DNA of 64,000 nucleotides, taken from NCBI GenBank assembly GCA_963699235.1, contig OY969424.1:784884-848883 (forward strand). Reading direction: 5' to 3'. A program made the position numbers and the translations under genes. The notes under the pieces are model-generated. The model was not told the DNA's origin. It ran no database searches and was given only the letters and a program-made list of their open reading frames with translations. The first letter of the stretch is position 1. Each line of letters starts with the position of its first letter. The stretch is from an uncultured Chloroflexia bacterium. GTDB lineage: Bacteria; Chloroflexota; Limnocylindria; QHBO01. Positions 1 through 9,078 of the stretch are shown in pieces.

Positions 1-102
1 CCCCGACCGAGGTCGCAGCCGGCGACCTGACCGTCACTCGCCGGGTTCGGGCCTGGTTCGCGATCGACTAGACCGCACACGCCGGCCGAGCCGGCTCATC
101 GG

Positions 103-1014
103 TCAGGGGGCCGGCGGCGACGTGAGCTCGTCGAAGATGGGGCCTAGCGTATCCACGGCCAGGGTCAGGTGGCCGTGCTCGGGGTGGAGGTGGCGGCAGG
201 CAGAGGGGATGTGATCACACAGCCACGCTCCGTGGTTGAAGGGCACCATCTTGTCGTGCCCGCCCTGCCAGACGTGAACGGGCACCGTGATCGCGCCCAG
301 GTCGAAGCCCCAGTCCTTGGTGAATGCCCAGTCGTCATCCACCCAGCCCCAGTAGCCCTCGCGCAGCCCCTCACGGCTGCCGGCAGCCACGAACTCGGCG
401 AACTCTCCGGTCAACGAGCCCCGATCCACGTCGTCGATGAGGCCGCCGAATGCCTCGGCCACCTCCGGGCCGGTGACGTCTCGCCACTTCGGCCAGTCCC
501 GTTCCGCGGAGCGGATGCTGTTCTCCCGGTCGGCGAGGGTCGCCCGGAACTCCTCGACGTTTTCCGGGCCCATCCCCTCGAACCAGTCGATGCCCTCGGC
601 CGGGTACGGCGCCACGCCGCCGATCAGCGCGGCGCCGGGGAAGCGGTCCGGGGCGAGCGCCACGCAGGCGAGGGCGTGAGGACCGCCGCCTGACCAGCCA
701 AGGACCCAGGCCTGATCGAGATCCAGGGCGTCGAGGAGGTCGGTGGCGTCTTCTACCACGTCGGCGACGGATCGGCCCGGACGGCGGTCGCTGCTGCCGT
801 ATCCCGCCCGGCTGAAGCTGACCAGGCGCAGGCCCAGGTCGGCGCAGGCAGCAACCATCGTTGGGCCCTGGATTCCGGAGGCCGGGCTGCCGTGGTGGTA
901 TAGGACCGTGCCGCGCGCGCCGCCATCGGCCCCGCCCTTCGCCCCGTCGAGGTAGACATCCAGGCTCCGCCCATCTCGTACCCGGACCGTGGTAGTTGCC
1001 AGCGGCGATCCCAT
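103..1014 (-). CDS. alpha/beta-fold hydrolase
   Basis: Lower 303 codons of ORF 103..2124, starting at ATG 1014..1012 (MGSPLATTTVRV). Has a GWSGGG nucleophile elbow and a C-terminal His region typical of alpha/beta hydrolases. ATGA overlap with the stop of the upstream LLM gene. Confidence 0.8.
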   Translation of the reverse strand: MGSPLATTTVRVRDGRSLDVYLDGAKGGADGGARGTVLYHHGSPASGIQGPTMVAACADLGLRLVSFSRAGYGSSDRRPGRSVADVVEDATDLLDALDLDQAWVLGWSGGGPHALACVALAPDRFPGAALIGGVAPYPAEGIDWFEGMGPENVEEFRATLADRENSIRSAERDWPKWRDVTGPEVAEAFGGLIDDVDRGSLTGEFAEFVAAGSREGLREGYWGWVDDDWAFTKDWGFDLGAITVPVHVWQGGHDKMVPFNHGAWLCDHIPSACRHLHPEHGHLTLAVDTLGPIFDELTSPPAP

Positions 1015-2003
1015 CAGCCGAGCGTGAGCTTGGGCAGGACCTGCTTCTCGTAGGCGCGGATGAACTCGGACTGGTTGCGCCCGACGTTGTGGACGTGGAC
1101 CTCCCAGAAGCCCATGTCCACGAACTGCTGGATGTGGGCAGCGTGCTCGTCCAGGTCGGCACTGATGAGCATTCGGTTCTTGAAGTTCTCGATGCCGACC
1201 AGCTTGGCCATGTTCGCGAAGTCCTCGGGGTTGCGGATGTCCTGCTTCGGGAAGGGCATGCCGCCGTTCGGCCACTCCTTCACGGCCTGCTCCTCGGCCG
1301 CTGCCTGGGTCTCGGCCCACGAGACGTGGATCTGGAGCAGCTTGGGCATGGCGTCGGGGTCCTTGCCGGACTCGCGGGCGCCGTCGGCGAACTTGCCCCA
1401 CAGCATCTCGAGCTTCTCGTCTGCGGCGCCGACGGTGATGATCCCGTCCGCGAACTTGCCGGTGCGCTTGGCGTTGAACGGCCCGGCGGTGGCGACATAG
1501 ATGGGGACCGGCTGCTCGGGCCGCGTGTAGAGGCGCGCCGACTCGAGGGTGAAGTACTCCCCGTCGTGCTTGACCACGTCCCCGGTGAACAGCTTGCTGA
1601 TGACCTCGATGGCCTCGAACAGCATGCTGCTCCGGACGCCGATCTCCGGCCATTCCCCGCCGATGATGTGCTCGTTCAGCGCTTCCCCGGCACCCAGGCC
1701 CAGGTAGAAGCGGCCGGGGTACATGGCGCCAAGGGTCGCCGCCGCGTGGGCGATGACCGCGGGGTGGTAGCGGAAGCCCGGCGTCGTCACCGCCGTCCCG
1801 AAGGGGAGAGTCGTCCGCTGCCCCAGGGCGCCCATGAATGCCCACGCGAACGCGGACTGACCCTGGTCCGGGGTCCACGGGTGGAAGTGCTCGCTGACCA
1901 TGAAACCGGCTGAAAATCCGGCGGCCTCCGCCTCCTGGGCCCAGCCCAGCAGGTCGTTCGGATGGAACTGTTCGAGCATGGCCGCGTAGCCGATCTTGGT
2001 CAC
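1014..2003 (-). CDS. LLM-class F420-dependent oxidoreductase (F420-dependent glucose-6-phosphate dehydrogenase family-like)
   Basis: ORF 1014..2003, 329 aa. Luciferase-like monooxygenase fold signatures (SEHFHPW, YLGLGAGEALNEH). I recognise the family from memory; no search was run. Confidence 0.8.
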   Translation of the reverse strand: MTKIGYAAMLEQFHPNDLLGWAQEAEAAGFSAGFMVSEHFHPWTPDQGQSAFAWAFMGALGQRTTLPFGTAVTTPGFRYHPAVIAHAAATLGAMYPGRFYLGLGAGEALNEHIIGGEWPEIGVRSSMLFEAIEVISKLFTGDVVKHDGEYFTLESARLYTRPEQPVPIYVATAGPFNAKRTGKFADGIITVGAADEKLEMLWGKFADGARESGKDPDAMPKLLQIHVSWAETQAAAEEQAVKEWPNGGMPFPKQDIRNPEDFANMAKLVGIENFKNRMLISADLDEHAAHIQQFVDMGFWEVHVHNVGRNQSEFIRAYEKQVLPKLTLG

Positions 2004-2026
2004 GCTCGTAGCCTACCCTCTGGTTC

Positions 2027-2878
2027 ATGCACCTGGACCGATACGGGAGCGCCGCCGAGTTCCTCGTCGCCGCCGGTCCGTGGCTCGTAGAACGCGAAGG
2101 GGAGCACAACCTCATCCTGGGCATCGCATCTACGTTGCGCGACCATCCCGAGCTCTATCCCGAGCCGCCGTTCCTCGCCGCCGTGGTCGACGACGGTGTG
2201 CCCGTGGCGGCGGCCCTCCGCACCCCACCCTGGAAGCTCGTCCTGTCCGAGGTGGACGACGAGGGGGCATTGGACCTCCTCGTGGCCAACCTCGCCGGTG
2301 ACGCCCTGTCGGGCGTCGTGGGAGCACCGGACGTCGCAACCGGGTTCTCGAACCGATGGGTGGCCGCCCAGGGCGGCCGGTGGGAGATCGGAATGGAAGA
2401 GCGGGTGTACCAGCTCACCACCGTCATTCCCCCACAGTCGGTCCGGGGCGGCATGCGAGCACCCACCGTCCCTGAGCGGCCGCTCCTCATCGAGTGGATC
2501 CTTGCGTTCGAGCGCGAAGCGCTCGGCGACGATGATGCCGATGACGCGGTGCGAGTCGCCGCATCGGTCGAGCATTGGCTTGCCGGGAAGGGGAAGCGGG
2601 TGTGGCTGTGGGACGACGACGGGCCGAGATCGCTTACCGCGGTCGGTGGCGAGACGCCGAACGGCACCCGTATCGGTCCGGTCTATACCCCGCCCGCCGA
2701 ACGCGGACGGGGATACGCATCCGCCCTGGTGGCGGCGGTCAGCCAGGCCCAGCTCGACGCCGGCCGACGGTTCTGCTTCCTCTACGCGGACCTGGCCAAC
2801 CCGACGTCGAACAAGATCTACCAGGCAATCGGGTACCGCCCCGTTACCGACGCCTTGCGCATCGATTTCCACGCCTGA
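2027..2878 (+). CDS. GNAT family N-acetyltransferase
   Basis: ORF 2027..2878, 283 aa. C-terminal acetyl-CoA binding core (ERGRGYASALVAAV ... NKIYQAIGY). Confidence 0.7.
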   Translation: MHLDRYGSAAEFLVAAGPWLVEREGEHNLILGIASTLRDHPELYPEPPFLAAVVDDGVPVAAALRTPPWKLVLSEVDDEGALDLLVANLAGDALSGVVGAPDVATGFSNRWVAAQGGRWEIGMEERVYQLTTVIPPQSVRGGMRAPTVPERPLLIEWILAFEREALGDDDADDAVRVAASVEHWLAGKGKRVWLWDDDGPRSLTAVGGETPNGTRIGPVYTPPAERGRGYASALVAAVSQAQLDAGRRFCFLYADLANPTSNKIYQAIGYRPVTDALRIDFHA

Positions 2879-2900
2879 CGGAATCTGGCAGGCTGTACCG

Positions 2901-3995
2901 ATGGCGCAGGTCCTGACCCAGATCACCGAGCTGCCGGACGAGTCCCGGGGAGCAGGTGTCGGGACGGCGCACCGGCATGGGGAAGGGCCGCTGGTCGACG
3001 GCTTCGGTCGCACCCTGCGCGCGCTCCGCGTCTCGGTCACCGACGCATGCCAGTTCCGGTGCCTGTACTGCATGCCCAGCGAGGACATGACGTTCCTGCC
3101 CCACGGGGAGCTACTCACTCCCGACGAAATCGAGCGCCTGGTCGGGCTCATGGTCGGGATGGGGATCACGAACGTCCGCCTCACCGGTGGCGAGCCGCTC
3201 GTCCGCCGCGAGCTGCCGGACATCGTCGCCCGCCTTTCCGCGATGGAACCGGACGGCCTCTCAGATCTGTCGCTCACGACAAACGGCTTCCTCCTTGAGC
3301 GGCATCTTCCCGCCCTGGCCGCCGCGGGGCTCCAGCGGCTGAACGTCAGCGTGGACTCCCTCGTCGCCGAGACGTTCCGTGAGATCACTCGCCGCGACGC
3401 GTTGAACCAGGTGCTCGACGGCCTCAAGGCCGCCGAGGCCTACCCCCAGCTCCGCCCGATCAAGGTCAACGCCGTCGCCCTCCGTGACATCACCGACCGC
3501 GAGATCCGGGCATTCGCCGACCTCGCGCGCCAGCGCGGCTACGTCGTCCGCTTCATCGAGTTCATGCCGCTCGACGGCGGCGGTCGCTGGACGGCGGACG
3601 AGGTCCTGACCGGCGCCGAGCTGAAGGCCGCCCTCGAGAACGCCGTCCCATCGGGCTGGCTGCCGCTGGAGCCAATGCCGATGGCCGACCCGGCCCAGAC
3701 CTCGCGCGTGTATCGGTTCGCCGATGGGGTGGGGGAGATCGGCTTCATCAACCCGGTCAGCGAGCCGTTCTGCGACGCCTGCGACCGGCTTCGGCTCACC
3801 GCCGAGGGGACGCTGCGCACCTGCCTGTTCAGCATCGACGAGACGGACCTCCGCGGACCGATGCGCGCCGGTGCCTCCGACCCCGACCTGGCCGAGCTCA
3901 TTCGTGAGGCGGCATGGAACAAGGAGCTGAAGCACCACATCGGCGACCCGGGCTTCCGGCCCCCGCCGCGCAATATGTCCCGCATCGGCGGCTAG
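2901..3995 (+). CDS. moaA: GTP 3',8-cyclase (molybdenum cofactor biosynthesis protein A)
   Basis: In-frame ATG at 2901 inside ORF 2196..3995. Radical-SAM CxxxCxxC (CQFRCLYC), a GGEPL motif and the C-terminal second cluster CDACDRLRLTAEGTLRTC. Confidence 0.9.
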   Translation: MAQVLTQITELPDESRGAGVGTAHRHGEGPLVDGFGRTLRALRVSVTDACQFRCLYCMPSEDMTFLPHGELLTPDEIERLVGLMVGMGITNVRLTGGEPLVRRELPDIVARLSAMEPDGLSDLSLTTNGFLLERHLPALAAAGLQRLNVSVDSLVAETFREITRRDALNQVLDGLKAAEAYPQLRPIKVNAVALRDITDREIRAFADLARQRGYVVRFIEFMPLDGGGRWTADEVLTGAELKAALENAVPSGWLPLEPMPMADPAQTSRVYRFADGVGEIGFINPVSEPFCDACDRLRLTAEGTLRTCLFSIDETDLRGPMRAGASDPDLAELIREAAWNKELKHHIGDPGFRPPPRNMSRIGG

Positions 3996-4051
3996 ACCGT
4001 GGCGCCGGCGAAAATCCGCCGGCAGGCCCATCCAGGCGGCATCCATCGGTA

Positions 4052-4115
4052 TTGCACGCGTTTGTGGTAACAAGCGTGATTGAGCTCGTTACCGCGATAC
4101 CACAAATGCGTGCAA
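4052..4115. repeat. long-stem hairpin element, copy 1 (related copy at 22257..22326)
   Basis: 18-bp inverted repeat TTGCACGCGTTTGTGGTA (4052..4069) / TACCACAAATGCGTGCAA (4098..4115) with one G-U pair, around a 28-nt loop. The core TTTGTGGTA..AGCGTGAYTGAGC..GTTACCGCG.TACC.CAAA is shared with the second copy. Confidence 0.6.
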
Positions 4116-4166
4116 CGCTCTGAACCCCCGCCCCCAGTGCCCTCGACTCTGCACCACCGGCAAAGA

Positions 4167-4214
4167 TTGAGTCACAGCGACCCCATGCCCGCCCGTACCA
4201 GATGAGTGCGCCGG
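4167..4214 (+). promoter_or_regulatory. class-A conserved upstream motif of sigma 1
   Basis: TTGAGT (4167) followed 18 nt later by GCCCGT, then the box GTACCAGATGAGTGCGCCGG (4195..4214). Homologous to the boxes at 9106..9125 and 12919..12938. Ends 29 nt before ATG 4244. Confidence 0.45.
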
Positions 4215-4243
4215 ATCCACCGGTGCTCCACAGCGGAAGACGC

Positions 4244-4798
4244 ATGGACATCGATCTGGTGAAACGGGCGCAGGACGGAGACGAAGAGGCATTCGCGAGC
4301 CTTGCCGTGTCCGCCGGCGACCGCCTCCATGCCGTGGCGCACAGGATCCTGCGCGACACGCACCTCGCCGAGGACGCCACGCAGCAGGCGCTGCTGACCA
4401 TCTGGCGAGACCTTCCGCAGCTGCGCGACCCGGCACGCTTTGATGCCTGGTCGTATCGGCTCCTCGTGCGCGCCTGCTACGCCGAGGGACGCCGATCCGG
4501 ACGCTGGTCGCCTGGCCTGCGCCTGGTGCTGCACGAACGAGATGAACCGATGTCGGTGGACGGCACGGGCTCGGTCGCTGACCGCGACCAGCTCGAGCGC
4601 GGCTTCCGACGGCTTTCCATCGATCACCGTGCGGTGGTGGTCCTGCACCACTACCTCGACATGCCGCTCGACCAGATCGCCGACACGCTCGGCGTTCCGA
4701 TCGGGACGGTCCGATCTCGACTTCATTACGCGATGCGCGGGCTGCGGGCGGCACTCGATGCCGATGCGCGACCCACGCCGCGGGAGGCTGCGAAGTGA
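4244..4798 (+). CDS. ECF-type RNA polymerase sigma-70 factor, paralog 1 (subfamily A)
   Basis: ORF 4202..4798. I chose ATG 4244 (MDIDLVKRAQ) because paralogs 2 and 4 start MDTDL/MDTET at the homologous position. Region 2 (EDATQQALLTIWRDLPQLRDPARFDAWSYRLLVRACY) and region 4 HTH (VVVLHHYLDMPLDQIADTLGVPIGTVRSRLHYA) are present. Confidence 0.9.
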   Translation: MDIDLVKRAQDGDEEAFASLAVSAGDRLHAVAHRILRDTHLAEDATQQALLTIWRDLPQLRDPARFDAWSYRLLVRACYAEGRRSGRWSPGLRLVLHERDEPMSVDGTGSVADRDQLERGFRRLSIDHRAVVVLHHYLDMPLDQIADTLGVPIGTVRSRLHYAMRGLRAALDADARPTPREAAK

Positions 4799-5682
4799 GC
4801 ACCGAACGCGACGTCAACCGCATCGTCCGGTCGTGGATGGAGGAGGGCGTGACGGCGCTCCCGGATCACATCCTGGATGCCGTGCTCGACCAGCTCCCCG
4901 CGACCCCACAGCGCCGCGCCACCTGGTGGCGGGTGCAGAGGTACATCGAAATGAACAAGCCACTTGCCATTGGGCTCGTGACCGCGGCGGCCATCCTGGT
5001 CGTGGCCCTCATCGGCCTGAATCTCGGTCCGGGTTCCGGGCCACCGCCAGGGGGAGAGCCCAGCACGACGCCGGCTCCCTCGTCGACACCGGCGCCGACA
5101 CCGGCGGCAATGGTCCAGGGACCCATGGATCCGGGAACCTACGTCTCGCCAGCAAGTGTGGGGGGCGCGGCGTTCGACTTCACGGTGCCCGCCGGTTGGA
5201 CGACTGATTCGGACCTCTTCGTCCAGAAGAACACGGACGCCGACCAGCTCGTCGAGATCACGACCGGGGTGATGTTCTCCGCATGGCAGGTGGATCACGT
5301 TTTCGCCGACGCCTGCGAGGGCGATGGAACGGAAGAACCCATCGACGACGCCGTCGCATCGCTGGCCACCGCACTCGCCAACCAGGCAGGACGGGAGTCG
5401 TCCGCTCCGGCGGAGATCGAAGTCGATGGGTATACCGGCCAGCTCGTCGAACTGACCGCCCCGGCCGACCTCACCAGTTGTGGAGGAAGGCTCCGAACAT
5501 GGCCGGCCTTGAACGGTGATCTGAACAGCGGCTGGCCCGCCGGCCCGGGCCAGATCGACGACGTCTACATCGTTGACGCGGACGGCACCCGGCTCGTGGT
5601 CGTCGCAACCCATTGGGCAGGCACGAGCGCCGCGGACCTGGCCGAGCTCGAGGAGATCGTTGTCTCCATCCAGATCCGGTAG
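4795..5682 (+). CDS. sigma-coupled single-pass membrane protein (putative anti-sigma factor), partner 1
   Basis: ORF 4795..5682. Its GTG start overlaps the sigma stop (GTGA). N-domain RDVNRIVRSWMEEG..TPQRRATWW, one TM helix (PLAIGLVTAAAILVVALIGL), a Pro/Ser/Thr linker and an ectodomain of about 190 aa. Confidence 0.8.
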   Translation: MSTERDVNRIVRSWMEEGVTALPDHILDAVLDQLPATPQRRATWWRVQRYIEMNKPLAIGLVTAAAILVVALIGLNLGPGSGPPPGGEPSTTPAPSSTPAPTPAAMVQGPMDPGTYVSPASVGGAAFDFTVPAGWTTDSDLFVQKNTDADQLVEITTGVMFSAWQVDHVFADACEGDGTEEPIDDAVASLATALANQAGRESSAPAEIEVDGYTGQLVELTAPADLTSCGGRLRTWPALNGDLNSGWPAGPGQIDDVYIVDADGTRLVVVATHWAGTSAADLAELEEIVVSIQIR

Positions 5683-5772
5683 CCCCACGCTGATCACCTG
5701 ATCGGTGGCCCTTGGCGGCCGTGGAGCAATCCGCGGTCGCCTTTCGTTGATCCGCTGCGTCAGACTGCAGGC

Positions 5773-6174
5773 ATGACGGATACCCGAGCGGCGGCCCAGA
5801 ACTGGGCCCGGACCTGGCAGGCGGCGTGGGAGGCCCGGGACGTGGAGCGGGTGCTCACCCTCTACGCCCCGGAGATCGAGTACTGGACCGAGCCTTTCCG
5901 TGAGCCGTACCGCGGGCTTGCCGGCGCGCGCGAGTACGTGAGCCAGTCGTTTGCCTCCGAGCACACCGTCACGGCCTGGTTTGGGGAGCCGGTGGTTGAT
6001 GGCGACCGCGCTGCCATCCCCTGGTGGGCGACCCAGATCGAGGACGACAAGCCGGTGACCCTGGCCGGCATCTCCCTCCTCCGCTTCAACGCGGACGGCT
6101 TGGTGGTCGAGGAGTGGGACACCTGGAATGCCTCCGAGCCGATGCACGACCGCCCGCCGACCTGGGGTGGCTGA
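5773..6174 (+). CDS. SnoaL-like / NTF2-fold protein
   Basis: ORF 5773..6174, 133 aa. Pattern of small NTF2-like proteins (W..AW.ARD...VL.LYAP...). Confidence 0.7.
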   Translation: MTDTRAAAQNWARTWQAAWEARDVERVLTLYAPEIEYWTEPFREPYRGLAGAREYVSQSFASEHTVTAWFGEPVVDGDRAAIPWWATQIEDDKPVTLAGISLLRFNADGLVVEEWDTWNASEPMHDRPPTWGG

Positions 6175-6541
6175 CCAACCCGCCCCTGACGGCCTGAGCC
6201 CCGCCGCGGTCGCGTACCGGGCGGCGCATGCGGCGTTCGCGCTGGCCCAGCTGACGAGCCTGGCCTACGTGTGGGGCTGTGTCTTGAGCGGACGCCGTGA
6301 CCGCCCCCTGGGCGCGGCGGTCGGCTTCCTCGGCCTCGAGGGTATAGCCCTCGTCATCGGCCGCGGGAACTGCCCGCTCGGTCCGTTCCAGGCACGGCTC
6401 GGTGACCCGGTCCCGCTCTTCGAGCTCGTCCTTCCGCCGAGGGCGGCCAAGGCCGCGGTTCCGGTCCTTGCCGCGGTCGCCGTCGCCGGCATTGCCGCGG
6501 TCGCGATCCTGCCCGCGGCGGATCGGGCCAACCGTCCATGA
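6167..6541 (+). CDS. small membrane protein (DUF2784-like, GNCPLG motif)
   Basis: Frame of ORF 6128..6541. GTG at 6167 overlaps the stop of the SnoaL gene. Hydrophobic helices and a CPL motif. The start is uncertain. Confidence 0.5.
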   Translation: MADQPAPDGLSPAAVAYRAAHAAFALAQLTSLAYVWGCVLSGRRDRPLGAAVGFLGLEGIALVIGRGNCPLGPFQARLGDPVPLFELVLPPRAAKAAVPVLAAVAVAGIAAVAILPAADRANRP

Positions 6542-7323
6542 CCGCCCGGCCGGCAGCGCCGGTGCCGCAGGGGGTCATCGGCCGGGTCGCCGCTGCCTAT
6601 CGGGTCAACTCATCGGCGATTGCCGTCGCCCTGCTGATCATCACCAACCTGATCCCGCTGGTGGGCGTCCTGTGGCTGGGCTGGAGCCTGCTGCTCATTT
6701 TGGCCCTGTACTGGGCCGAGAACGGCGTGGTGGGCGTGATCAACGTCCTGAAGATCATGACCGCTCGGGGCGAAAACTCGACCGCGACCGTTCGCTGGCG
6801 AATGAACGGGAAGCCGATCGACCAGGTTTCGCGGCTCGGGATGGCCGGATTCTTCGCCCTTCATTACGGCATCTTCTGGGTCGTCCACGGCGTGTTCGTG
6901 TTCACCTTCATCCCGGTCATGACCGGGATGACCATGTCGGGCGGCTTTGGCCCCGGCTTCGTGTTCATCACCGGTCCCGTTGGCCCGCCCGGTCTGCCGG
7001 GAGTGGACGCATCGGTCTTCGCGTTCGGGGTGGTGGGGCTGGCCATCAGCCACGCGGTGTCGTTCTGGATGAACTACCTGGGGCGGGGCGAGTACCGGAT
7101 CCTCTCGCCGGCGGTGGTGATGATGCAGCCGTACGGGCGGCTGGTGATCATGCACCTGACCATCCTGGTCGGCGCATTCGTCAGCATCTCGATCGGCACG
7201 CCTTTCGGATCGCTCCTGGTGCTGGTCGTCCTGAAGACGGCGCTCGACCTCGCGTTCCACCTTCGCCAGCACCGCGACGTGCCGGCCGCCTCACCTGGGA
7301 GCGTGCTCGCGAACTCTGCCTAA
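6538..7323 (+). CDS. polytopic membrane protein (DUF6498-like)
   Basis: ORF 6538..7323, 261 aa. ATGA overlap with the upstream gene. At least six hydrophobic helices. The family name is from memory. Confidence 0.7.
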   Translation: MTARPAAPVPQGVIGRVAAAYRVNSSAIAVALLIITNLIPLVGVLWLGWSLLLILALYWAENGVVGVINVLKIMTARGENSTATVRWRMNGKPIDQVSRLGMAGFFALHYGIFWVVHGVFVFTFIPVMTGMTMSGGFGPGFVFITGPVGPPGLPGVDASVFAFGVVGLAISHAVSFWMNYLGRGEYRILSPAVVMMQPYGRLVIMHLTILVGAFVSISIGTPFGSLLVLVVLKTALDLAFHLRQHRDVPAASPGSVLANSA

Positions 7324-7335
7324 GACCGGACTGCC

Positions 7336-8034
7336 CTAGGCCGGAGGAGTTTCCTTGGTCTGGGTCGTGCCTCGCGCCCGAGCCCGCTTGGCTCGCGATC
7401 GCGACGGCGGGGGCGAGGCCATCGCCGCTGCACCGCCCAGGACTCGGATGCGGTGCGGGGCGGTGATGTGGTCCACGACCAGCCCGACGACGGCGCCCAG
7501 CCAGGTCCCAATGGCGATCGCCGCCACGGCCATTGCCGGTTCGGCCGTCAGTGGCCCGGTCAGCGACGCGCCCAGGGCGACAGCGGCTCCGGCCGCCACG
7601 GTCCAGAAGAAGGCAACCGCTCGCGGGCTCCCCAAACCGACCGCGAACCCGGCGCCCATCCCCACCAGCGCCACCAGCTCACCGTGGAACTGCCACGCGC
7701 CGACCGTCCACCCCGCGGCCGCCAACACGCCGATCCCACCGGTCCACGCCACGAGGTTCAGGTTGGAGCCGAGCTCCGCGGACACCGGACGGCGCAGCCA
7801 GGCAAGGAACAGGTCCACCGCGAGGTACAGCGAGGCCGCGCCGGCGAGCGTGAAGAGCAGGGACGGCGTGCCCATCCCGAGGACGGCGCCCAGCAGCGGG
7901 ACGACGAGGAAGAGCGCCGTCACCGGGCGCGCCATGAACCGGCGCAGCACCCATCGGGGATGCGCACGCACGGAGCGGATGCGCTCGCGGATCGCCGACC
8001 GGTCGGAAGCCCTTCGGGATTGGCTGACAGCCAT
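7336..8034 (-). CDS. hypothetical polytopic membrane protein
   Basis: ORF 7336..8034, 232 aa, with five clear TM helices and a basic C-terminal tail. The overlapping + strand ORFs are low-complexity shadows. Confidence 0.55.
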   Translation of the reverse strand: MAVSQSRRASDRSAIRERIRSVRAHPRWVLRRFMARPVTALFLVVPLLGAVLGMGTPSLLFTLAGAASLYLAVDLFLAWLRRPVSAELGSNLNLVAWTGGIGVLAAAGWTVGAWQFHGELVALVGMGAGFAVGLGSPRAVAFFWTVAAGAAVALGASLTGPLTAEPAMAVAAIAIGTWLGAVVGLVVDHITAPHRIRVLGGAAAMASPPPSRSRAKRARARGTTQTKETPPA

Positions 8035-8105
8035 GGACGGATGCTAGGCAGACCCTCCGCCCGAGCCGATCCCCCAAAGGTACCCGCGGCATTCACCGGG
8101 CAACG

Positions 8106-8134
8106 AAAAAGGCCGCCCCACAGCCTGGGCGGCC
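8106..8134 (-). terminator. intrinsic terminator downstream of 8223..8960
   Basis: GGCCGCCC (8111..8118) pairs with GGGCGGCC (8127..8134). On the minus strand the hairpin is followed by TTTTT (complement of 8106..8110). Confidence 0.6.
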
Positions 8135-8222
8135 CTTTCGCCTAACTAGACGGCGCCGATGGCGCCGGGGTTCCTGCGATTCAGGTTCTCTGCATCACAT
8201 CGCGTTGCAGCGCGGTGGACGG

Positions 8223-8960
8223 CTAGCTCGCCGAAGGCTCGGGGGACGTATCCGGATTGGTGGAGGGACCGTGGAACCAACCACGTCGCGAACCCCAGTC
8301 CCCGATGTTCCCGTCGTTCAGCGTGGCCTCCACCCGCTCGATGATGGCATCGGCCTTCTCCTGTGTGATGGTGCCGGCCTCGACAGCGGCATCTACATCG
8401 GCCTGGGCCGATGCCAGGGCGGCGGCGACGACATCGGCGTAGGGGACACCCTCAGCCGTGGCGACCTCCTCGAGCGTGCTGTCGGTCAGCGCCTCGCGGA
8501 GCTCGGCCGTCGTCATGTCCAGCGAGGTCGCGGCGGCCTCCCACATCCCTGTCAGGAAGTCCACCCGGGCGGCGTGTTGGCCCCAGTGGCCCAGCTTGAA
8601 GCCGATCCATCGGCAACCGTCGCCGTCCCACTCGTTGACGCGCTCGATCATTCGGTCGGCCGCGGCCTGGGTCAGGTCACCGGCCTCGACCGCAGCGTTG
8701 ATGGCGGCGATGGCCGCGGCCTTCGCCGCGGGCGCCAGCTCATCGGTCGAGACGCCCAGCTCCGAGGCGAAGGTGTCGAGGAAGGTCTGGCAGTACGCGC
8801 TGGCGTCCCCGGTCGTCTCCTCGTCCCCGAAGACGGCGGATGGCTCGCTGGACCCACTCCCGCCCGGAGCGGCCAGGACCGAACCGATCAGTGTTCCGCC
8901 CACCAGGGCGGCGGTGATGAGGACGGCTGCAGCGCCGAGGATCTTCAGTGGCTGCGACAT
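8223..8960 (-). CDS. secreted protein with two G-x-(L/I)-T-Q-x-x-A-D-x-(M/I)-I-E-R-V helical repeats (DUF2680-like)
   Basis: In-frame ATG 8960..8958 (MSQPLKILGAAAVLITAALVGG, signal/TM) inside ORF 8223..9293. Repeats AVEAGDLTQAAADRMIERV and AVEAGTITQEKADAIIERV. Divergent from sigma 2. Confidence 0.65.
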   Translation of the reverse strand: MSQPLKILGAAAVLITAALVGGTLIGSVLAAPGGSGSSEPSAVFGDEETTGDASAYCQTFLDTFASELGVSTDELAPAAKAAAIAAINAAVEAGDLTQAAADRMIERVNEWDGDGCRWIGFKLGHWGQHAARVDFLTGMWEAAATSLDMTTAELREALTDSTLEEVATAEGVPYADVVAAALASAQADVDAAVEAGTITQEKADAIIERVEATLNDGNIGDWGSRRGWFHGPSTNPDTSPEPSAS

Positions 8961-9078
8961 GATTCCGTGACTACCTCGTGTGTGGGCTCGCGTGGTCGTG
9001 GGTGCCCTCCAACGCCGCCGATCTTCGACCGGCGCGGTGAAGATCGCATCAAGAACGGCGACCTCCCTGGCCGACGCT

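Noticed and set aside
3-71. Possible 3' end of a + strand gene (..RRVRAWFAID*) at the window edge
   Set aside because: Only 22 codons are visible and no motif is present, so I cannot support it.
1015-2124. Upper part of the 673-aa ORF 103..2124
   Set aside because: It is an Arg/Pro/Gly-rich antisense shadow of the real LLM gene 1014..2003 in a high-GC region. The real hydrolase starts at the internal ATG 1014.
2879-2900. Possible Moco riboswitch upstream of moaA
   Set aside because: The gap between the GNAT stop and the moaA start is only 22 nt, which leaves no room for a riboswitch.
2000-3427. Long antisense or alternative-frame ORFs (for example 2000..3427, 4726..6147, 18267..19361, 53535..54980, 56680..58056, 58266..59459, 60249..61655)
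   Set aside because: They have low-complexity Arg/Gly/Pro/Ala composition and no motifs. Each overlaps a well-supported gene on the other strand or in another frame. Such shadows are typical of high-GC DNA.
3914-4123. Short ORFs spanning the two hairpin elements (3914..4123 and the start of 22251..22718), which give similar peptides FVVTSVIELVTAIPQ / FVVVSVTERVTALPQ
   Set aside because: The differences between the copies are not concentrated at third codon positions, and they preserve base pairing instead. The similarity reflects a nucleic-acid element, not a peptide.
4202-4243. ATG 4202 as the start of sigma 1
   Set aside because: It lies inside the conserved class-A upstream box. The homologous ATG in the two paralogous loci is followed directly by TAG, and all three proteins align from MD(I/T)(D/E).
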